From Candidatus Woesearchaeota archaeon (GTDB lineage: Archaea > Nanobdellota > Nanobdellia > Woesearchaeales > SKIA01): a DNA stretch of 64,000 nucleotides. The stretch is taken from positions 26,773 through 90,772 of the forward strand of contig JBLKOP010000001.1 in NCBI GenBank assembly GCA_047602905.1. The letters are read 5' to 3'. The first letter of the stretch is position 1; each line of letters begins with the position of its first letter. The position numbers and the translations under genes were made by a program. Below the pieces are notes generated by a model that saw only the letters and a program-made list of their open reading frames with translations, made no database searches and had not been told where the DNA came from. Positions 57,588-64,000 of this stretch are shown here, piece after piece.

Positions 57588-57705
57588 GCGGATGTAGCTC
57601 AGCCTGGTTAGAGCACTACGCTCATATTGATGAGCACTGAGATCAAGTTATTGATTGATGACAGGAGATACGTAGGGGTCCGGAGTTCAAATCTCCGCAT
57701 CCGCA
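57588..57705 (+). tRNA. tRNA-Met (anticodon CAT, elongator or Ile2-type) with about 43-nt intron
   Basis: Acceptor GCGGATG/CATCCGC, anticodon stem CTACG/CGTAG, loop CTCATA then intron; TATA 30 bp upstream; T-run downstream. Confidence 0.7.
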
Positions 57706-57766
57706 CCTCTTTTTTTTAGTGTATTAATAGATACGTTTAAGAACAAAACCCTCTTTACAACACACT

Positions 57767-58312
57767 ATGGAATGGTGGATAATAGTAATTATTGTTGTAG
57801 CGGTACTGTGGATTATTCTTATGTACAACGCGTTTGTGCGCGTAAGCAACCAAGTAAAAAACGCATGGGCACAAATTGATGTTCAACTCAAAAGAAGAAC
57901 AGACCTCATCCCAAACCTTATTGAAAGCGTAAAAGGGTATATGAAGCATGAAAAAACTGTTCTTGAAGAAGTAACCAAGGCACGAACAGCGCTTATGGGA
58001 GCACAAACACCAACTGAGAACGCAAAAGCAGACAACATGCTCACAGGAGCACTCAAAAGCTTGTTTGCAGTCAGCGAGAACTACCCAGACCTAAAAGCAA
58101 ACACGAACTTCATACAACTCCAAGAAGAGCTTGTAAGCACGGAGAACAAAGTAGCGTATAGCAGACAACACTACAACGACATGGTAATGAAGTACAACAC
58201 AAAACTACAAAGCTTTCCAAACAACCTCTTTAGCGGAGTCTTTGGTTTTAGCAAGGCGGACAGTTTTGAAGCAGAAGCAACAGACAGAAAACCCGTCAAG
58301 GTAAGTTTCTAA
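57767..58312 (+). CDS. LemA-family protein
   Basis: N-terminal TM plus LemA conserved region ([20 protein letters not shown]...). Confidence 0.7.
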   Translation: MEWWIIVIIVVAVLWIILMYNAFVRVSNQVKNAWAQIDVQLKRRTDLIPNLIESVKGYMKHEKTVLEEVTKARTALMGAQTPTENAKADNMLTGALKSLFAVSENYPDLKANTNFIQLQEELVSTENKVAYSRQHYNDMVMKYNTKLQSFPNNLFSGVFGFSKADSFEAEATDRKPVKVSF

Positions 58313-58316
58313 ACCG

Positions 58317-59213
58317 ATGGGAAAGCTCGTAAGCTTTGATGAAGTACGAAACAACAACCTACGAAGCACACTACTCATAGCATTCTTCTTAGTCTTCATG
58401 ACAGCACTAGGAGCAGCGATAGGATGGGTGTGGGATAACTACGTGTTCGGAGCAATCATCACGCTTATAGCAGCAAGTATGTACGCGCTCATAGCATACT
58501 TTCAAGGAAGAAACATGGTTAAGCGAATGACTGGTGCACGAGAACTCACAAAACGAGAGTTTCCACACGCATACAACGCAATAGAAGACCTTAGCCTAGC
58601 AGCAGGCATACCAACACCAGACAGATACGTTATCGACACACCAGCACTCAACGCGTTTGCAACAGGAAGAAACCCAGAGAACGCAGCAGTAGTACTCACA
58701 ACAGGACTCATAAAACACCTGAACAGAGAGGAGCTAGAAGGAGTAATAGCACACGAACTTGCACACATAAAAAACTACGATATACGAGTAATGATGATAG
58801 GAGCAGTAATAACAGGAATAATCCTTTTCTTAAGCCAATTTCTTCTCAGAAGCTTCTTCTTTAGCGGCAGTAGACGAAACGACGGAAAAGCAGGAGTTAT
58901 TATGCTTGTTATCGCAATAGTACTAGCAATTCTTAGCCCAATAATTAGTGAAATGATAAAACTCGCTATTAGCCGCAAAAGAGAGTACGCAGCAGACGCA
59001 GGAGCAGCAACGATAACCAGATACCCGCAAGGACTAGCAAACGCTTTACGAAAGATATCAAACGATCCACGACCAGAAGAAAAAATAGCGAACAGCGCGC
59101 TTAATCACATGTACATAAGTAACCCAGACAGAAAAAAAACAGGATTTTGGAGCAAAGCATTTAGTACCCACCCCCCAACAGAAGAACGAATTATGCGCTT
59201 AGAGCGGATGTGA
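58317..59213 (+). CDS. HtpX-like M48 zinc metalloprotease
   Basis: HELAH (HExxH) between TM segments. Confidence 0.75.
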   Translation: MGKLVSFDEVRNNNLRSTLLIAFFLVFMTALGAAIGWVWDNYVFGAIITLIAASMYALIAYFQGRNMVKRMTGARELTKREFPHAYNAIEDLSLAAGIPTPDRYVIDTPALNAFATGRNPENAAVVLTTGLIKHLNREELEGVIAHELAHIKNYDIRVMMIGAVITGIILFLSQFLLRSFFFSGSRRNDGKAGVIMLVIAIVLAILSPIISEMIKLAISRKREYAADAGAATITRYPQGLANALRKISNDPRPEEKIANSALNHMYISNPDRKKTGFWSKAFSTHPPTEERIMRLERM

Positions 59214-59247
59214 AGCTATAAAAAGTTCTGTTCTTATAACAACACCT

Positions 59248-59628
59248 ATGAGCGAGTCACTACGAGAACTAGCAAGAGACTTCTTAGCACTAGGAAGCTG
59301 GATATTTTACGCACTCGTAGTCGTACGAGCACTTATCGAGCCGTACTGGGAGTTTGCAACGCCAGTACTCATAACAGGAGCACTCCTACTCATAACACAA
59401 AACCTCTACGCATACGAAGGATACACCGCACGAGCAACCGCTCTAGTCTACTACACAACGCAGTTCTACCAAGACACGCTCTTTAGCATCTTCGCGTACG
59501 CACTACTACTAGGAGTGCCACTAGCTGCGTACGTAAATGAGAGCACAAAAAAAGAGTTAGCACTAGCAATACTTACAACAATACCATGCATAGCAGTAGG
59601 AGTGCTGATAAGTACGTTATGGATATAA
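59248..59628 (+). CDS. membrane protein
   Basis: 4 TM helices. Confidence 0.35.
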   Translation: MSESLRELARDFLALGSWIFYALVVVRALIEPYWEFATPVLITGALLLITQNLYAYEGYTARATALVYYTTQFYQDTLFSIFAYALLLGVPLAAYVNESTKKELALAILTTIPCIAVGVLISTLWI

Positions 59629-59658
59629 GAAAGAAAAAAATATTTTGTTTACTGCACT

Positions 59659-60138
59659 TTATCCGCAAATAATCGCTTCTATAACGTCAGCTTCATCAAG
59701 ATACACGTTTAGACGATCAACTCGGTAATCCATAGTGACAGCGTCACCAGGACGAATAACTCTGTACGAGTCACTATAGCCAGCAACATCCATCTCCTCA
59801 ATAGACAAACCAAGATAGTCTTGAAGCTGTGAAGCGCCACAAGCATCCTCATCAAAAACAGGCACGTCGTCTTGCTCATTACAAGCACCAGGCGTGTGGT
59901 ACGTTACGTTCTCATTGCTACAAGCAACACAAGAGTTACTATATGTCACGTTGTAATCACCACAAACAGGCATGTACTCGCGAGTACACACTTCAGGGCG
60001 GTTATCCACGTCACACAAAGTAGCCTCGCTAGGCACTTCGCTGACAGGATCAAGGGTTTGGGAATCATCCACAGCAACGCAACCAGCAAAGAGCAGGAGC
60101 GCTGCGAAGACGAACAATACGTTTTTCATACACAACAC
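59659..60138 (-). CDS. secreted lipoprotein with a Kazal-type domain and an I78-family protease-inhibitor domain
   Basis: Lipobox LLFAGC; Kazal Cys spacing C..C..PVCG.DY..TY.N.C.AC; C-terminal SYRVIRPGDAVTMDYRVDRLNVYLDEADVIEAIICG matches the I78 signature. Confidence 0.6.
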   Translation of the reverse strand: MLCMKNVLFVFAALLLFAGCVAVDDSQTLDPVSEVPSEATLCDVDNRPEVCTREYMPVCGDYNVTYSNSCVACSNENVTYHTPGACNEQDDVPVFDEDACGASQLQDYLGLSIEEMDVAGYSDSYRVIRPGDAVTMDYRVDRLNVYLDEADVIEAIICG

Positions 60139-60188
60139 AAAGACAACAGCATTTATAAATATCGAAGATAGTTACCACAACCATAGAA

Positions 60189-60524
60189 ATGACCTCTACA
60201 GAACCAACAGAGAACACGAGCAAACAACGGCTCAGAGTAGCAACAGGACTACTCATAGCTCCTTTAATGACAGCAGCCTACAAACTAGGAAAAAAACAGC
60301 CGTGGAGCGCACTAGAAACAACAGCAGCAGGAGTAGGGCTTGTTCTGTACCAGTGGAGATGGGCAGTTCCGCTCTACATAGCAACAGCACTTACACCCTC
60401 TGCTCAATCAAACACACCAACTCCCCTCTCGCAACTAGAAGAAATAGTAATTGAGCAATGCATAGACGCAACACAAAAAGATACCTCCTACGCGCAGCAA
60501 CCAATAGACTTCTTGTACGAATAA
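60189..60524 (+). CDS. small membrane protein
   Basis: 2 TM helices. Confidence 0.3.
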   Translation: MTSTEPTENTSKQRLRVATGLLIAPLMTAAYKLGKKQPWSALETTAAGVGLVLYQWRWAVPLYIATALTPSAQSNTPTPLSQLEEIVIEQCIDATQKDTSYAQQPIDFLYE

Positions 60525-60555
60525 ACATATAAACAGCACGCCGCTTAACGAACTC

Positions 60556-62223
60556 ATGGAACTTGAGCAATTCATAAAACAAGTACTCCTTGATAACGCA
60601 ATTAAATACGAAGGAGAAACAACACCCAAAGCAGCTCTAGGAGCAGTAATGAGAGAATACCCTGAGTACAGAGGAAAAACCCAAGAAATACTTGCACTAA
60701 CAAAACCACTCGTAGAAGAAATAAACGCTTTATCAGTAGAGGAGCAAAAACAACTCCTCAGCACACTAGGAGGTAGCGGAGCTCCAGAAAAAGAAGAGAA
60801 GAACCAATGGGAGCTAGAAGGAGAAAACCTTGTTTTACGCTTTGAGCCAAGCCCAAGCGGGCCGATGCACATAGGACACGCGTACAGCCTAGGAGTAAAC
60901 CACCTACTAGCAGCTCGTAACGACGCAAAACTCATCCTACGAATAGCAGACACCAACCCAGACAATATTTATGAGCCAGCATACAAACTCCTTGAAGAAG
61001 ACGCGAACTGGTACACGCACCAAAACATCGCAGAAGTAATCATCCAAAGCGACCGCCTAGAACTCTACTACACCTACGCAGAACAACTCCTGCAACGAGG
61101 ACACGCATATATTTGCACGTGCGAAGCAGAGAAGAGCAGAGAACACCTCAAAGAACAACAAGCATGTGAATGCAGAGAATTATCTGTAGGAGAAAACATC
61201 CAGCGATGGGAGCTCATGAAAACAACCTGGGAGCCAGGAGACGCAGTAATGAGACTAAAAACCGATCTCACACACAAAAACCCCGCGATGAGAGACTTTC
61301 CGCTCATGAGAATACACCACGGAAACCACCCGCGAGCAGGAACAAAATACGCTGTTTGGCCGCTTATGAACTTCTCCGTGTTCGTTGACGACGTAGAAAG
61401 CAACATGACACACATCCTACGAGCAAAAGACCACGCAGATAACGCAAAAAGACAAGAATACCTCTACAAATACTTCAACAAACCAATACCAGAAACGTTC
61501 TTTGTAGGAAAAATCAACTTCACAGACCTAAAACTCTCCACCTCACAAACAAGAAAACTCATTGATGAAGGAGTATACACGGGCTGGGACGACATCAGAC
61601 TACCCTTTCTACCTGCTCTACGAAGAAGAGGATACCAAGCAGAAGCGTTCTTACGACTCGCAGACGAGGTAGGGATAACCCAAACAGACAAGACACTCAG
61701 TAAAGAAGAATATTTTAAGACCATAAACGCGTATAACAAAGAACTCATCGACGCACAAGCAAACAGAGCGTTTCTCATACAAACACCCGTTCTCATAACC
61801 ATACAAGGAGCACCAACGATTACTGTACAGAAAGCAAAACACCCAGACAAAAAAGTAGGAACTCGCGAATTAGTAGTGGGAGAAGACGTATACGTGGATG
61901 AAGAAGACCTTAAAGAACCGCAAGGAGTAATTTTTCGCCTCATAGACGCGTATAACTTCCAGTACATTAACGGCAGCTTTGTATACCTTGATAGCGACGT
62001 AGAAACGTACAAACAAGCACCTAAGAAACGCATACTGCATTACGTACCAGCACAAGAAGCTCTAGAAGCAACGCTTCTTACACCTGATGGACGAGTACAC
62101 GCAGCAAAAGCAGAGAAAAGCGTTGCAGAATACGAACAGGACACGATCGTACAGTTTGAGAGAGTAGGCTACGCACGCCTAGACGATAAAAAAACATTTA
62201 CTTTTTGGTATACTCACCCCTAA
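60556..62223 (+). CDS. gltX: glutamyl-tRNA synthetase, archaeal/eukaryal type
   Basis: HIGH-region PSGPMHIGHA; archaeal GluRS architecture; TATA 24 bp upstream. Confidence 0.8.
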   Translation: MELEQFIKQVLLDNAIKYEGETTPKAALGAVMREYPEYRGKTQEILALTKPLVEEINALSVEEQKQLLSTLGGSGAPEKEEKNQWELEGENLVLRFEPSPSGPMHIGHAYSLGVNHLLAARNDAKLILRIADTNPDNIYEPAYKLLEEDANWYTHQNIAEVIIQSDRLELYYTYAEQLLQRGHAYICTCEAEKSREHLKEQQACECRELSVGENIQRWELMKTTWEPGDAVMRLKTDLTHKNPAMRDFPLMRIHHGNHPRAGTKYAVWPLMNFSVFVDDVESNMTHILRAKDHADNAKRQEYLYKYFNKPIPETFFVGKINFTDLKLSTSQTRKLIDEGVYTGWDDIRLPFLPALRRRGYQAEAFLRLADEVGITQTDKTLSKEEYFKTINAYNKELIDAQANRAFLIQTPVLITIQGAPTITVQKAKHPDKKVGTRELVVGEDVYVDEEDLKEPQGVIFRLIDAYNFQYINGSFVYLDSDVETYKQAPKKRILHYVPAQEALEATLLTPDGRVHAAKAEKSVAEYEQDTIVQFERVGYARLDDKKTFTFWYTHP

Positions 62224-62342
62224 AAAGCACGAATACGCGCGTAAGAAGCCGTATAACCACAAGTTTTATATAATAAGTTTCTGCTAAGAAGTATAGAGAG
62301 AGCGTTTAGGCGTTCTTTTCAAAAAAATATACGGAGATAAAA

Positions 62343-62516
62343 ACAAAAAAATGGCAGATTCAATTGTCGTAAAGGCAAAAATTAAAGACGTCGCAGCTGG
62401 CTACAACATCGCTGGTGACTTCGCAGAAGCACTAGACAAACACGCACGAAAACTCATCAAAGATGCAGTTAAGCGAGCTGAAGCTAACAACCGAAAAACG
62501 GTTATGGCAAAGGACC
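62343..62516 (+). CDS. small protein (57 aa), possibly histone-fold-like; absent from ORF track
   Basis: Hand translation MADSIVVKAKIKDVAAGYNIAGDFAEALDKHARKLIKDAVKRAEANNRKTVMAKDL; C-terminal half resembles archaeal histone alpha2-L2-alpha3. Confidence 0.3.
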
Positions 62517-62776
62517 TATAAAGGTCCAACTTTTTTTTTCTTTATTTTTTCTTCAAGCAAACGCACCTGAGACTGCAAAACTGCTTGTTTAGGATGATCT
62601 CTACTTCTTGCTAAAACTTCTTTTATCTGCGCTAACTCCTCCTCTAACAACAAAATAGTTGCTTGCTGGCGAGAAGGAATGTGTGTAGGGAGGTGATTAG
62701 AAAAATACACGTGCTCAGGCTTAGCTACGTGTTGAGCAGTAACGAGCTTACTAAATACGTACCAATGCTTTTTCAT
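62516..62776 (-). CDS. hypothetical protein
   Basis: ORF only. Confidence 0.25.
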   Translation of the reverse strand: MKKHWYVFSKLVTAQHVAKPEHVYFSNHLPTHIPSRQQATILLLEEELAQIKEVLARSRDHPKQAVLQSQVRLLEEKIKKKKVGPL

Positions 62777-63123
62777 TGAAACTCACGCATAATACTTTTG
62801 CGAGTAGCAGGAACCTCTTCTTCACGCTTCCAAGGAGGAGTTGATTCCTCAGAAGACTTTAGTGGGTAGCTAGGATTGGTACTTAAGTGATTATCCGCGA
62901 GTGCAAGAATACCTTTAGCGATGCGCTCGTTTTGATGAATTAATTGATCAAGCTTTTGCGCGTCTTGATGAAAGCCTTGCTGGTACTCTGCGTGCATTTC
63001 TTTATTCGCTTGCTCAAACAACGTAATAAGTTTACTAATCTGCGTTGCTAACCGATCCATTGACTCAATAAGAGTAAGTGACGTTTTGTAGTCTTTTACA
63101 GAAGGTTCTTTCTCACGCTCCAT
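62773..63123 (-). CDS. hypothetical protein
   Basis: ORF only; palindromic TATA about 25 bp upstream. Confidence 0.25.
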   Translation of the reverse strand: MEREKEPSVKDYKTSLTLIESMDRLATQISKLITLFEQANKEMHAEYQQGFHQDAQKLDQLIHQNERIAKGILALADNHLSTNPSYPLKSSEESTPPWKREEEVPATRKSIMREFQ

Positions 63124-63379
63124 GCCTTACTAACAGAAGCGTTGCTTTATAAACATGCCTTTTTGCACAAAAACGTATACTAGAGGTGAAAAAACCTCAT
63201 TAACAACGAAAAAATCGCTTTTTCGGAAGAAAAAAAACAATTAATAGACGCTCTAAGAAGCACGTAAACAAAGAAAATAAGCGTTTTTGACGCACAAAAC
63301 ATTTCTCGATACGCTTTTATACTCCTAAACACAAAAACACACATAGAAACACATGCGCACAAGCGCAAAAAGTAAAGCA

Positions 63380-63958
63380 ATGAATAACAACAAAAAAGCA
63401 GAAATGGGAGTAGGAACGCTCATCATATTTATCGCACTCCTACTCGTAGCAGCAGTAGCAGCAGGAGTACTCATACAAACAGCAGGATCCCTGCAACAAC
63501 AAGCGCTTACAACAGGAAAAGCAACCCAGTCAGAAATAAGCACGAACGCACGAGTAATAGAAGTCTCCGCAACAAATGGAAGCACACAAACAATTAGTAA
63601 CTTCAGCATGCAAATGCGCCTAAGCCCAGGAAGCGACCCACTAAAACTAGAAGAAGTAATCCTCACACTCAACACAGATGACGAAACACTCACGCTACAA
63701 TACAGCGGAAACGAAACATACCAAACAACAGGAAGTGCAGGGACATACGGAGTACGCTACCTCATCAACGGAAGCAACCACGTAGCAGGAGTTCTGCAAC
63801 GAGGAGACGTCATACAAGTAGACTTTAGCAGCCCAAGCCCAATAGGGCGCTCACAAGCAGTACGGCTAAACTTCATACCAAAAGTAGGGACGCCAACACT
63901 CGTAAAATTCGCTACACCAGACCTGATAAGCACAGAACGAGTATACCTATACCCATAA
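63380..63958 (+). CDS. archaellin / archaeal type IV pilin-like protein
   Basis: Class III signal peptide [38 protein letters not shown] closely resembles the FlaB/ArlB N-terminus. Confidence 0.6.
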   Translation: MNNNKKAEMGVGTLIIFIALLLVAAVAAGVLIQTAGSLQQQALTTGKATQSEISTNARVIEVSATNGSTQTISNFSMQMRLSPGSDPLKLEEVILTLNTDDETLTLQYSGNETYQTTGSAGTYGVRYLINGSNHVAGVLQRGDVIQVDFSSPSPIGRSQAVRLNFIPKVGTPTLVKFATPDLISTERVYLYP

Positions 63959-64000
63959 ACACGAGCAAAAAAATACTTTTTTTAAACAATTTTTATAAAC

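Overview
This window looks like an archaeal chromosome segment, probably from a small-genome DPANN-like lineage. The evidence is an rRNA operon (16S, tRNA-Ala(TGC), 23S, no 5S), two intron-containing tRNAs (Ile-UAU and Met-CAU), archaeal information-processing genes (aIF2-gamma, TFE, L10e, S6e, L41e, NOG1, Kae1, archaeal-type GluRS, class II LysRS, GINS-like), an archaellin/pilin-like gene, and TTTATAAA boxes 20-30 bp upstream of most start codons (mostly leaderless mRNAs). Core metabolism is sparse: PGI, alpha-glucan phosphorylase, IMPase, Tmk, and a thyA interrupted by an in-frame TGA. An accessory region of about 10 kb (14.5-24.7 kb) carries two AbiEi/AbiEii-like modules, one flanked by 24-bp direct repeats; an AT-rich island with NYN-domain RNase genes and RHH proteins; three tRNAs; and a T-rich low-complexity tract upstream of a 857-aa surface protein gene. 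Further along are a HicB/HicA pair, a radical-SAM/TRAM protein, a four-helix-bundle (Avd / 23S-IVS-protein family) gene abutting the 23S 3' end, a tandem trio of small secreted His/Tyr/Asn-rich proteins, a MoxR-DUF58-vWA cluster and a Kazal+I78 double protease-inhibitor lipoprotein. The most striking global property is an extreme A+C versus G+T strand asymmetry that is independent of gene orientation and flips polarity in discrete blocks. All protein assignments rest on motif recognition by eye, with no database search. rRNA ends and many start codons are approximate, since the ORF track uses GTG/TTG starts and omits ORFs under 60 aa.
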